Made by a program: the position numbers and the translations under genes. From an uncultured beta proteobacterium (GTDB lineage Bacteria > Pseudomonadota > Gammaproteobacteria > Burkholderiales > Casimicrobiaceae), in assembly GCA_963726935.1 (NCBI GenBank), contig CAVSEH010000009.1, forward strand, positions 65,156 through 129,155: a stretch of DNA of 64,000 nucleotides. The letters are read 5' to 3'. This document shows, piece after piece, positions 54,912-64,000 of this stretch; the stretch's first letter is position 1, and each line of letters begins with the position of its first letter. Under the pieces are notes generated by a model. The model saw nothing but the letters and a program-made list of their open reading frames with translations, did not search any database and was not told where the DNA came from.

Positions 54912-55886
54912 GTGGAGCATTCGGGACTCACGGCCGGCATCACGCTCGCCGTTCTCGGCGCAGGTCTTCTCCATGCGACCTGGAACGCGCTGCTGAAATC
55001 ATCCGCCGGTGGCGACGCGATGCTCGACACGGCAGCGGTGGTCGCGGGCTCGTCGCTCTGGGGCCTGCTGGCCCTGCCCTTCGTACCCCTGCCGCAGACC
55101 GCGGCATGGTTGTTCATCGCGACATCGTCGGTCATCCATTTCGGCTATTACGTCACGCTGGCGCAAGCCTATCGCAGCGGCGACCTTTCATTCGCGTATC
55201 CCCTGATGCGCGGCACGGCACCGCTCATCGTGGCCATACTCGGCAGCATCTTCCTCCGCGAGCTGCCGAGCGCACCGATGCTGTTCGGCATCGCTCTCAT
55301 TTCGCTGGGCGTCGTCAGCATCGCCTTCGTAAAGCGTCGCGGCGCGAGCCCGCAGCGAGGGGCCCCGGGCGAAGCAAGGAGATCGCGCGGAGGTGAGTCG
55401 ACGCTGCGACCGACACGCAGCGCAAATTTCCCCGATACGTCGCAAGGAGGTCGCGGGAAGCACCCACCGAGTGCGGCGTGGTGGGCCTTCGCCAACGCCG
55501 CGATCATTGCCGCGTACACGCTGGTCGACGGTGCGGGTGCTCGCGCATCGGGCAATGCCTTCGCGTACGTTGCGTGGCTGATCTTTCTGGAAGGCATTCC
55601 CTTCGTGGCATGGATCCTCGTGCGGCGCGGGCGCCCGGCCTTCGCCTATCTGCGTGCGTCGACCCGAACCGGTCTCGTCGGCGGTGCATGCAGCCTTGCC
55701 GCCTACGGCATCGTGCTGTGGGCGATGACGCGCGCACCTATCGCCGCGGTCGCTGCACTGCGTGAGACGTCCGTGCTGTTCGCGGCGCTGATCGGCTCGA
55801 TGTGGCTGAAGGAAGGTTTCGGCTGGCGGCGCATGGCCGGTGCGGCCAGCGTCGTCGCCGGCATCGCCGCGCTCAAGCTGGGCTGA
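54912..55886 (+). CDS. EamA/DMT-family transporter with an unusually long Arg-rich central loop
   Basis: 324 aa (GTG start). Two five-TM EamA halves are separated by about 45 hydrophilic residues (RRGASPQRGAPGEARRSRGGESTLRPTRSANFPDTSQGGRGKHPPS). Confidence 0.7.
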   Translation: MEHSGLTAGITLAVLGAGLLHATWNALLKSSAGGDAMLDTAAVVAGSSLWGLLALPFVPLPQTAAWLFIATSSVIHFGYYVTLAQAYRSGDLSFAYPLMRGTAPLIVAILGSIFLRELPSAPMLFGIALISLGVVSIAFVKRRGASPQRGAPGEARRSRGGESTLRPTRSANFPDTSQGGRGKHPPSAAWWAFANAAIIAAYTLVDGAGARASGNAFAYVAWLIFLEGIPFVAWILVRRGRPAFAYLRASTRTGLVGGACSLAAYGIVLWAMTRAPIAAVAALRETSVLFAALIGSMWLKEGFGWRRMAGAASVVAGIAALKLG

Positions 55887-55903
55887 GCAGGCACAAATTC
55901 GCT

Positions 55904-58328
55904 ATGGCCGCCCCTCCCGACCCAAGCACAGGTCGTCGTCGTCGGCGGCGGCATCGCCGGCGCCAGCACCGCGTACCATCTCGCCAAGCTGGGCTGCACC
56001 GAGGTCGTGCTGCTCGAACAAGGCAAGCTGACCTGTGGCACCACGTGGCACGCGGCCGGCCTCGTCGGACAATTGCGCGCAAACCGCAATGCCACGCGGA
56101 TGAGCCGGTACGGGATCGAACTGTATTCGACGCTCGAGGCCGAGACCGGCCTCGCGACCGGCTGGAAGCAATGCGGCAGCCTCAACGTCGCCAAGACGAC
56201 AGAGCGGCTCAAGCTGCTGAAACGGCAGATGGCGCGCGCCCGAAGCTTCGGCATCGAGTTCGAATTCATCACGCCCACCGAAGCCGGCAAGATCTACCCG
56301 CTGCTGCGCACCGACGATCTGTCGGGCGCGGTCTGGATTCCCGGCGATGGCAAGGCCAATCCCACCGACCTGACACAGTCGCTCGCCAAGGGTGCCCGCA
56401 TGCGTGGCGCGCGCATTTTCGAAGAGACCAAAGTCATCGGCGTCATCGTCGAGCACGGCGCGATCGCCGGCGTTCGCTGGCGCAATGCGGAGGGCGAAGG
56501 GGAACTGCGCTGCGAGAGCCTCGTCAACTGCGCCGGACAGTGGGCGCGCGCGTTCGGCGAAATGGCCGGTGTTGCCGTACCACTGTTCGCGGCCGAGCAC
56601 TTCTACATCGTCACCAAGCCGATCGCGGGTGTGCGCCCCGATCTGCCCGTCATGCGCGATCCCGACGGCTTCATCTACTACAAGGAAGAAGTCGGCGGAC
56701 TGGTGATGGGAGGATTCGAACCGGTCGCCAAACCGTGGAACGTTCCGGTCATACCCGACAAGTTCGAGTTCCAGTTGCTGCCGGAAGATTGGGACCAGTT
56801 CGAAATCCTGATGACCAACGCGATCCATCGCACGCCGTGTCTCGAAACCGCCGAGATCAGGATGCTGCTCAACGGTCCGGAAAGCTTCACGCTCGACGGC
56901 AATTTCATTCTCGGCGAGGCGCCGGAGGTGCGGCGCTATTTCGTCTGCGCCGGCTTCAATTCGGCGGGCATCGCCAATGCGGGCGGCGCGGGCCGGCTGA
57001 TCGCGGAATGGGTGATCGGCGGCGAGGCACCGATCGATCTGTGGGACGTCGACATCCGTCGCTTCGCACCGTTCCACACCAATCGCCGCCATCTCGCCGA
57101 CCGCACGGCCGAAACGCTGGGCCTGCACTACGCCATGCGCTGGCCGCGCGAAGAGCTCGCTACCGTGCGGCCGCTGCGCCGCTCGCCGCTGTACGATCGC
57201 CTCCGGGCCAAGAACGCCGTGTTCGGCAGCAAGCTCAATTGGGAGCGCGCGAACTATTTCCTGCCTGCGGGCGCGCGACCACCGTTGCCGACGCTCGACA
57301 CCCCAGGCTGGCTCCCCATCGTTCTCGACGAGCAACGTGCCGCGCGCGAAGACGTGGTCGTGTTCGACCAGACGTCGTTCGGCAAATTCGTGCTCACCGG
57401 CCGGGATGCGTTGCAACTCCTCCAGCGCCTCTGCGCCAACGACATCGACGTAGCCTTGAACCGCATGGTGTACACGGCGATGCTGAACGAGCGCGGTGGA
57501 TTTGAAAGCGACCTGACCATCACGCGCCTCGCGCCGGATCGCTTTTTCATTCTCACGGGCTCCGCGCAGACGACGCGCGATGCCGACTGGATCAACCGGC
57601 ATCGCCGCGAGGACGAGTTTGCCGCTCTGGTCGACGTCACCAGCGCGTATTCGGTGCTGTCGGTGATGGGTCCAAAAAGTGCCGCCTTGCTCGGGCGCCT
57701 CTCCGCGCAGGATCTCGGCAAGGAGGCCATGCCGTTCGCGGTGACCCGCGACATCGACGTCGGCTACGCGCGGGCGCGCGCCGCAAGGATGAGCTACGTC
57801 GGCGGCCCGGGTTTCGAATTGCTCGTCACGACCGATCAGTGCGTGACCTTGTATGAAGCCCTGTTCAGTGCAGGCGACGACCTCGGGCTGCGCGACGCCG
57901 GGTACTACACCATCGACGCCCTGCGCATCGAGGCGGGACGACGGGCCTGGGGTGCCGAACTCGGTCCCGACGAAACGCCATGGGAAGCGGGGCTCGCCTT
58001 CGCGGTCAAGCTCGGCAAGGCGCCGGATTTCATCGGCAAGTCGGCGCTGATTCGGCAGCGTGAGGACGGCGTGAAAAAACGCCTGGTCACTTTCACTTTC
58101 GACGACGCCTGCGCATTTCCCTGGGGCGGCGAACCGATCCTGATGGACGGCACGAACGTCGGTGAACTCACGTCCGCCGGTTACAGCAGAAAATTCGGAC
58201 GCGCCATCGCGATGGGCTACGCCCGCAGCGAGCTTGCGTTGACCGACGAGCGCCTGCTCGCGGCGCGATACGAGGTCGACCTGGCCGGCGAGATCTTCAA
58301 AGTGACGCCGCATCTCGAACTCCGCTGA
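55904..58328 (+). pseudogene. FAD-dependent oxidoreductase fused to a GcvT-type aminomethyltransferase domain (dimethylglycine/sarcosine dehydrogenase-like), with an N-terminal frame switch
   Basis: The only ATG (55904, MAAPPDPST) is in frame 2. The FAD motif QVVVVGGGIAGASTAYHLAKLG and the other ~790 aa (ORF 56007..58328) are in frame 3. Frame 3 is open from 55887 but has no start codon before the FAD motif. Confidence 0.8.
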
Positions 58329-58438
58329 CTGCGGCGCGGCGCACGACAAGGCGCGCCCTCAGCGCTTACGCGTCAGCCACCGGATTCCCGCTGCACGCCA
58401 GCACCCAGCGCGTGCTCAAGTGCGGCGCGCGCCGCTCG

Positions 58439-59404
58439 TCAGGCCGTCAGCGTGCGTCGCGCCATTGCGTCGGCACGACGCGTGGCGGCGTGCCTGGGCT
58501 CCGGGTGCCACACCGTGAGCAACGCATCGACGCTTGCCGGATCATTACAGACGAGGACCATGTCGCACCCGGCCCACCAGGCTGCATCGGCGCGCGCGAC
58601 GATATCGCCCACGCCACGCGCGCCCGCCATCGACAGATCGTCGCTGAAGATCATGCCGTCGAAACCCAACCGGCCGCGCAGGATCTCCTGCAGCCAGACG
58701 CGCGAGAAGCCCGCCGGTCGCGTGTCCACCGAAGGATAGACGACGTGTGCCGGCATGATCCCCTCGAGGCCGACCTTGATCAGCGCACCGAACGGCACTA
58801 GGTCTTCCTTCACCAAAGCCTCCAGGGGCCGCTCGTCGACAGGAATCTCGTGATGCGAATCGGCAGCGACGAAACCATGACCCGGAAAATGCTTGGCCAC
58901 CGCAACCGAGCCGCCCGCGCGGAGCCCGCGACGCAGCGCGCTCGCCAGATGCGCGACCGCGTTGGGACTGCGATGAAAGGCCCGATCGCCGATAACACCA
59001 CTCGCGCCGAAATCGAGATCGAGCACCGGCGTGAAGCTGAAGTCGATGCCGTGTGCAGTGAGCTCATCTGCGATCGTCCGGCCCAGCCGCTCCGCCTCGC
59101 TCGTCGCTGCAACCACGTCACGGTCCCAGAGTTCACCCAGCGTGCGCATCGGCGGAATCGCGGTGAACCCCGTCCGAAAGCGCTGCACTCGCCCACCTTC
59201 GTGATCGACCGCAACCAGCGGCGCGGGATCACGTAACTTGCGGATGGACGCGGTGAGGTGTGCCAGTTGTCGCGGCGACTCGAAGTTGCGGGCGAACAGG
59301 ATCACCCCGCCGACCAGTGGATGGGCGATCCGTTCGCGGTCCTCCGCTTCGAGCGCGAGACCCGCGACATCCAGCATCACCGGGCCGCGGGGTTGCGCGA
59401 TCAC
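58439..59404 (-). CDS. nagZ: Beta-N-acetylhexosaminidase (peptidoglycan recycling)
   Basis: 321 aa. GH3 motifs VAVDHEGGRVQRF, KHFPGHG, GMIFSDDLSMAG. Confidence 0.9.
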   Translation of the reverse strand: MIAQPRGPVMLDVAGLALEAEDRERIAHPLVGGVILFARNFESPRQLAHLTASIRKLRDPAPLVAVDHEGGRVQRFRTGFTAIPPMRTLGELWDRDVVAATSEAERLGRTIADELTAHGIDFSFTPVLDLDFGASGVIGDRAFHRSPNAVAHLASALRRGLRAGGSVAVAKHFPGHGFVAADSHHEIPVDERPLEALVKEDLVPFGALIKVGLEGIMPAHVVYPSVDTRPAGFSRVWLQEILRGRLGFDGMIFSDDLSMAGARGVGDIVARADAAWWAGCDMVLVCNDPASVDALLTVWHPEPRHAATRRADAMARRTLTA

Positions 59405-59473
59405 TTTGGAGTACCTTCGCGCTGCGCGCTCCGGCTCATTGGGCAGTGAGGCCCTTGGGGCGGCCCGGCGGGC

Positions 59474-60223
59474 TCATGGGCGTGCCGCCTCGCGCATCAG
59501 CGTCTTCATCTGCCTGACGGCTTCGCGCAGGCCGACGAACACGGCGCGGCTGACGATGGCGTGGCCGATGTGCAATTCGCGAATGCCGGGAAGCGCGGCG
59601 ACCGGTTGAACGTTGAAATAGTTGAGTGCATGCCCCGCGTTGAAGCGCATGCCAAGCTCCCGTACCGCGGCCCCCGCCGCGCGGATCTTTGCCAGTTCTG
59701 CGAGGACCGGAGCACTTTCGGCATCCCGTCCTCTCGCATGGAACGCGTGCGCGTAAGGACCGGTGTGGATTTCACATACCCGGGCACCGACGCGCGCCGC
59801 GGCCTCGACCTGAGGCATCTGCGCATCGATGAAAACGCTGGTCATGATCCCGGCAGCGGCAAGCCGCCCCACCACTTCCTTGATGCGTGCTTCCTGGCCG
59901 ACGATGTCCAGCCCGCCCTCGGTCGTGACTTCCTGGCGCCCCTCGGGCACCAGCATCGCCATCTCGGGTTTGAGCGCACAGGCGATGCCGACCATCTCGT
60001 CGGTCGCGGCCATTTCGAGATTGAGCTTGATGTGCACCAGCTCGCGCAGCCGGCGCACGTCCTGATCCTGGATGTGCCGCCGATCTTCGCGCAGGTGGAC
60101 CGTGATCCCGTCGGCGCCGCCCAGGTGTGCCTCAGCCGCGGCCCAGACCGGGTCCGGTTCATATGTGCGCCGCGCCTGGCGCAGCGTCGCGACGTGATCG
60201 ATGTTGACGCCGAGTTCAATCAT
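59474..60223 (-). CDS. pdxJ: Pyridoxine 5'-phosphate synthase
   Basis: Start at ATG 60223 ([18 protein letters not shown]) inside ORF 59474..60442. Motifs HLREDRRHI and LHIGHAIV. Confidence 0.9.
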   Translation of the reverse strand: MIELGVNIDHVATLRQARRTYEPDPVWAAAEAHLGGADGITVHLREDRRHIQDQDVRRLRELVHIKLNLEMAATDEMVGIACALKPEMAMLVPEGRQEVTTEGGLDIVGQEARIKEVVGRLAAAGIMTSVFIDAQMPQVEAAARVGARVCEIHTGPYAHAFHARGRDAESAPVLAELAKIRAAGAAVRELGMRFNAGHALNYFNVQPVAALPGIRELHIGHAIVSRAVFVGLREAVRQMKTLMREAARP

Positions 60224-60983
60224 GAACAGTGCTCTGCCCTTCGTTGTTTTCTTCGTCAAGTGCCTGCAGGTCGCGCACGACGCGACGGCTGAATACCGCA
60301 CGCTGCTCGAGATAGTGGTCGAGCACCTCGCGCATGAGGCGCTTGGCCTCCGCGGCCGCGTCGGGCTCCGCGAAATCGAGACCAGCGAGGGCCAGCAGCG
60401 TTGCGCCCCGCACTTGCGGGTAGCGACGACCGGGCTCTGCAACCTTCAGCCGCGGCCCGCGTTCGAACGCGTAATAGTACCGTGTCGCAGGATCGACGGG
60501 CGCACCGGTATCGGCATCGTGCGTGAGTGGTAGTGCGTAGCCAAGTTCGCTCAACAGCCGCAACTCGAACTGCCGCAGGACCGGTGCCTGCGCCGCACCA
60601 CCGGCCAGCTGGATCAGCGCATTCTCGTAGTCGCGAAACAGGTCCGGATGCGCGTCTTCCCGCGGCAACAGCTTGAGCAGCAGCTCGTTCAGATAGAAGC
60701 CGCACAGCAGCGCAGACCCTGACACGAGCGGCAGTCCACCGCGCCACTCGGCACGGATCAGCGTCTTCAACTCGCCGGCGCCCGCCCAGGAAAGCGTCAG
60801 CGGCTGGAACGCCTGCAGCACACCGCGCAGTTCCGAACGCGGTCGCTTGGCACCCCGCGCGACCATCGCCACCCGACCGTGTCCCGGTGTCAGCGCCTCG
60901 ACGATCAGGCTCGTCTCGCGATAGGCGTACGTGTGGAGCACGTATCCCTGCTGATCGTCGCGGCGTTCGCGCTGTTGTCGCAT
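60216..60983 (-). CDS. recO: DNA repair protein RecO
   Basis: 255 aa. [21 protein letters not shown]-terminal OB-fold signature. Positioned between era and pdxJ. Confidence 0.85.
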   Translation of the reverse strand: MRQQRERRDDQQGYVLHTYAYRETSLIVEALTPGHGRVAMVARGAKRPRSELRGVLQAFQPLTLSWAGAGELKTLIRAEWRGGLPLVSGSALLCGFYLNELLLKLLPREDAHPDLFRDYENALIQLAGGAAQAPVLRQFELRLLSELGYALPLTHDADTGAPVDPATRYYYAFERGPRLKVAEPGRRYPQVRGATLLALAGLDFAEPDAAAEAKRLMREVLDHYLEQRAVFSRRVVRDLQALDEENNEGQSTVHD

Positions 60984-60985
60984 CG

Positions 60986-61906
60986 TCAGTAGCCAAACTG
61001 ATTGAGCATGCGCTCGTCGGTTGCCCAGCCCGACTTGACCTTCACCCAGACTTCGAGAAACACCTTGCCGCCGAAGAGTTGCTCCATGTCGCGCCGGGCC
61101 GACGCCGCGATGCTTTTCATCCGTTCTCCGCGCGCCCCCAGCAACATGGCGCGCTGGCTGGTCTTGTCGACGTACACGGTGGCGTGGATGCTGCGCAAGC
61201 CGGCCTTGTGCTCGAAACTGTCGATCGCGACGCTCGTGGCATACGGTACTTCCTGGCCGAGCAACCGGAAGATCTTTTCGCGAATGTACTCCGCGGCGAG
61301 AAAGCGCTCGTCGCGATCGGTCAATTCCTCAGCGGGATGCACGGCGTCGCCGATTGGAAGTCGCTTGGCGATTTCGGCTATCAGGCTATCCAGCTGCCAG
61401 CCTTTTTCTGCGCTGATCGGCACGATGGCCTCGAATTCGCGCAACGATGACAACTCGGCAATGAAGGGCAGCAGGCGCGCGCGGTCGGCAAGGCGATCGA
61501 CCTTGTTGACGGCCGCGATGACGGGCACCTCCGATGGGAGCAGATCCAGCACGGCGCGGTCCGCAGCGCCCAGTCGACCGGCTTCAAGCACCCAGACGAC
61601 GGCATCGATGTCCTTGAGACTGCTGCGCACCGTGCGATTCATGCGTTCGTTCAACGCGGAACGGTGTTCGGTCTGGAAGCCCGGCGTATCGACGAAAATA
61701 AACTGCGCCTGCTTTGTCGTCAGGATGCCGAGCAGGCGATGCCGCGTCGTTTGCGCCTTGCGCGACGTGATACTGATGCGCGCACCGACGAGCGCGTTGA
61801 TCAGCGTCGATTTGCCGACGTTGGGCCGTCCGACGATCGCGACCTCGCCACAGCGAAAGGCGCCCTCGTCGCCGGCGCCCGGATCAGCGCGCGGCCGCTT
61901 GCTCAT
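60986..61906 (-). CDS. era: GTPase Era
   Basis: Start at ATG 61906 (MSKRPRADPG) inside ORF 60986..62230. G1 GRPNVGKST, G3 DTPG, G4 NKVD, and a C-terminal KH domain. Confidence 0.9.
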   Translation of the reverse strand: MSKRPRADPGAGDEGAFRCGEVAIVGRPNVGKSTLINALVGARISITSRKAQTTRHRLLGILTTKQAQFIFVDTPGFQTEHRSALNERMNRTVRSSLKDIDAVVWVLEAGRLGAADRAVLDLLPSEVPVIAAVNKVDRLADRARLLPFIAELSSLREFEAIVPISAEKGWQLDSLIAEIAKRLPIGDAVHPAEELTDRDERFLAAEYIREKIFRLLGQEVPYATSVAIDSFEHKAGLRSIHATVYVDKTSQRAMLLGARGERMKSIAASARRDMEQLFGGKVFLEVWVKVKSGWATDERMLNQFGY

Positions 61907-62553
61907 ACGCTCGTGCTGCAGCCGCCTGTTCGGCCGCCCGCCGACTGGATCCCGAGCCTGCAACCGCGATACCAAGAGCGGGTATCCGACATTCGACGTC
62001 AAAGGATTGCAGGTGCGCCTCTCCGGTGACCGCGACAATGGCATATTCGGGAACCGGAAGACGTCGGGCCTGCAACCATTCCTGCAGTCGAGTCTTCGGA
62101 TCCTTGGCAAGCGCCGCGGGATCGAGGTCCGCGAGTTCCGTCGCGTAGGTCGCCTCGATCGACTTTCGTGCCGCGTCGAAACCACCATCGACGAACACTG
62201 CACCGAACACGGCTTCCAGCGTATCCGCAAGGATCGACGGCCGCGCCCGAACCACCGCTGCGCAGTTCGCCTTCTCCCAGCCGTATCGAATGCCCCAGGT
62301 CGAGCCCCTGGGCAAGCCGGAAGAGCGTGTCCTTGTTGACGAGACTGGAGCGCAGGCGCGAGAGCTCACCCTCAGGCATGTCTGGATAGCAGCGGAACAG
62401 CGCCGAGGCGATCACGCAGTTGAGTACCGCATCGCCGATGAACTCCAGTCGCTCGTTGTGGGTGGAGCCAAGGCTGCGATGAGTCAAGGCCTGCTGCAGC
62501 AACTCCGGGCGAAGGAAGACATGGCCCAGCGCATTGCCGGGTTCGAACGGCAT
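61884..62553 (-). pseudogene. rnc: Ribonuclease III with one frame switch
   Basis: The N-terminus, from ATG 62553 (…LTHRSLGSTHNERLEFIGDAVL, the RNase III signature, ...GEGELRSGG), is in the frame of ORF 61999..62811. The C-terminus (RPSILADTLEAVFGAVFVDGG and the dsRBD) is in ORF 61884..62369. The switch is near 62245-62252. The length, 670 nt, is not a multiple of 3. Confidence 0.8.
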
Positions 62554-62561
62554 CGGTACGC

Positions 62562-62924
62562 CTATTTCGTTGCCGTCGCTTCGAACTCCAGCAGCAAGCT
62601 GACATTGCCGACGAGGTGGAGCACCTTTTGCCAGTTTGCCGTTGCAACAAGCTGGTTGCCCTCCTTGGTCACTTCGACGTCCGATCCGCGCACGGAGTCG
62701 ATGTAGTCTGCAGCTGCCTTGAGATCGAAGTCTCTGCGGAATTGATAGAGCGTGAATCCGTCCTTGGACGTCTGCAGCGTGTTGGCCATGACCTTCTGGA
62801 CCGTATACCACTCGATATACGCTGGCACCATGCGAAATCCGACCATCACGACCACCATTGCCACAATCGCGACAAAGATGAAGCCGACGATCGAAAGACC
62901 GCGTTGCCGTTGGCGAGTCCTCAT
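62562..62924 (-). CDS. DUF4845-type small membrane protein
   Basis: 120 aa with a single N-terminal TM (GLSIVGFIFVAIVAMVVVMVGF). It occupies the conserved position between lepB and rnc. Confidence 0.7.
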   Translation of the reverse strand: MRTRQRQRGLSIVGFIFVAIVAMVVVMVGFRMVPAYIEWYTVQKVMANTLQTSKDGFTLYQFRRDFDLKAAADYIDSVRGSDVEVTKEGNQLVATANWQKVLHLVGNVSLLLEFEATATK

Positions 62925-62936
62925 GTGCTGCCTCCC

Positions 62937-63752
62937 TCAGCGGATCGCACTGCCGATCCGCTTGAATGCCAGACTGCTGATGTCATCCCAGTTGAACCAG
63001 ATGAAGAACGCCTTGCCGCGAATGTGATCGTCCGGCACGAAGCCCCAGTAACGGCTGTCGTCGCTGTTGTCGCGATTGTCGCCCATCATGAAGTAGCTCC
63101 CCTCGGGTACCTTGCATGTGAAACCGCGCTCATTGTAAACACAGTTCTCCCGCCCGGGGAACATACGCACGTTATGCGGGAACACCGGTGGCACCGCCGG
63201 ATTTTCGGCGATGAAATGCTCGTGCCCGTCGCTGCGCTCCCCGAAGCGTTGCGTCGTGACGTACGCGAGACCTTCCAGGTAGCCGTACGGGCCGTCAGGG
63301 GTCTGCGGCCAAGGGACGCCGTTCACCGTCAGTTGCTTGTCGCGATAGACCACTTCGTCGCCCGGCAGGCCGACCAGCCGCTTGATGAAATCCTGCGAGG
63401 GATTGACGGGATAGCGGAACACGATGACGTCGCCGCGTTGCGGAGTGCCGAGCGGAATGATCTTCTTTTCGATGATCGGCAGACGGATGCCGTAGGAGAA
63501 CTTGTTGACGAGGATGAAGTCGCCGACCTCCAGCGTCGGACGCATCGACGAACTGGGAATCTTGAACGGTTCCGCAACGAAAGATCGCAGCAGAAATACG
63601 ATCAGGAGGACCGGAAAGAAACTCTTGGGATACTCGACCCACCACGGCTCGGCCTCGCCGACAGCGCGGCGCTTGCTGAAGACGAGCTTGTCGGCCAGCG
63701 CGACGACGCCCGTAACGACGGTGAGTACGAACAGGATGAGAGCGAAATTCAT
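62937..63752 (-). CDS. lepB: Signal peptidase I
   Basis: 271 aa. Catalytic Ser box [10 protein letters not shown], Lys box KRLVGLPGD, and [14 protein letters not shown]. Confidence 0.9.
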   Translation of the reverse strand: MNFALILFVLTVVTGVVALADKLVFSKRRAVGEAEPWWVEYPKSFFPVLLIVFLLRSFVAEPFKIPSSSMRPTLEVGDFILVNKFSYGIRLPIIEKKIIPLGTPQRGDVIVFRYPVNPSQDFIKRLVGLPGDEVVYRDKQLTVNGVPWPQTPDGPYGYLEGLAYVTTQRFGERSDGHEHFIAENPAVPPVFPHNVRMFPGRENCVYNERGFTCKVPEGSYFMMGDNRDNSDDSRYWGFVPDDHIRGKAFFIWFNWDDISSLAFKRIGSAIR

Positions 63753-63807
63753 CGTTGGGTCTGGGTTGGCTACGGGAGTTTGCGACCGGCACGGGGACCG
63801 CCCCGAC

Positions 63808-64000
63808 CTACTTGTCGCCCACCTGCAGGATCGCGAGAAATGCCTCTTGCGGAATCTCGACGCTGCCGACGGCCTTCATGCGCTTCTTGCCGGCTTTCTG
63901 TTTTTCCAGGAGCTTGCGCTTGCGGGTGATATCGCCGCCATAGCACTTGGCGAGGACGTTCTTGCGCAAGGCCTTTACCGATTCGCGGGCGATGATCTGC
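63808..64000 (-). CDS. lepA: Elongation factor 4 (LepA), C-terminal end only; the gene runs off the window
   Basis: The reverse translation ends ...[50 protein letters not shown]-stop, with the stop complement at 63808-63810. This is a typical LepA C-terminus. Confidence 0.85.
   Translation of the reverse strand, partial: QIIARESVKALRKNVLAKCYGGDITRKRKLLEKQKAGKKRMKAVGSVEIPQEAFLAILQVGDK

Noticed and set aside
55902-58349. An 815-aa ORF on the minus strand spanning the whole DMGDH-like gene.
   Set aside because: It is an antisense mirror ORF of the kind common in very GC-rich DNA. Its product is Arg/Ala/Gly/Glu-rich with no family motifs. The plus strand carries clear FAD-binding and GcvT-type motifs.

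Overview
The window is a very GC-rich chromosomal segment whose gene content and order look beta-proteobacterial (Burkholderiales-like). This rests on several Bug/TctC receptors, an IPTL-CTERM protein, and the block lepA-lepB-DUF4845-rnc-era-recO-pdxJ-nagZ. About 65 genes fill almost the whole window. From start to end:
- LivM/LivG ABC transporter tail, a HAD lipoprotein and BioY.
- A sensor kinase, a FixJ-type regulator and a lone receiver, next to a heavily frameshifted arylsulfatase.
- A run of exported/membrane proteins of unknown function: a small Cys protein, a DUF2092/LolA-like protein, a His/Tyr-rich Gly-Ala-Thr repeat protein, a SYLF protein, a 4-TM protein and a membrane-anchored TAXI protein.
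- NmrA, YceI, DUF4124, a Bug receptor and a flavin monooxygenase.
- Split pqiA-pqiB-pqiC plus DUF4239, then metC, gntK, gnd and an EamA transporter.
- A four-gene gamma-glutamylation amine/amino-alcohol catabolic module: GS-like, Fe-ADH, C26 hydrolase and ALDH.
- A decaying glucarate locus: garR, garL remnant, gudD, frameshifted gudP and a LysR regulator.
- An IPTL-CTERM Ig-like surface protein, a Bug receptor, folD, tandem HAD-IB hydrolases and a NUDIX hydrolase.
- A complete 2-aminoethylphosphonate locus (phnW, ABC importer, phnR, phnA, phnY, HD-domain protein) coupled to a Na/Pi symporter.
- An EamA transporter, a DMGDH/GcvT-type oxidoreductase, and the housekeeping block.

I found no tRNA, rRNA, CRISPR array, transposase, integrase, phage gene or recognisable defence gene. 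The most striking signal is a window-wide excess of single-base indels, mostly +1 and often at short homopolymers. They break otherwise well-conserved genes: about 20 frame switches in the sulfatase alone, and 1-3 each in about 12 other genes. Two genuine gene remnants accompany them. This is either real early genome erosion or an assembly/basecalling artefact, and only read-level data can decide. The best candidates for an undescribed system are the exported-protein cluster at about 9.9-14.6 kb, including the orphan membrane-tethered TAXI protein, and the HD-domain/Na-Pi extension of the phosphonate locus. All coordinates of frame switches come from manual reading and are approximate.
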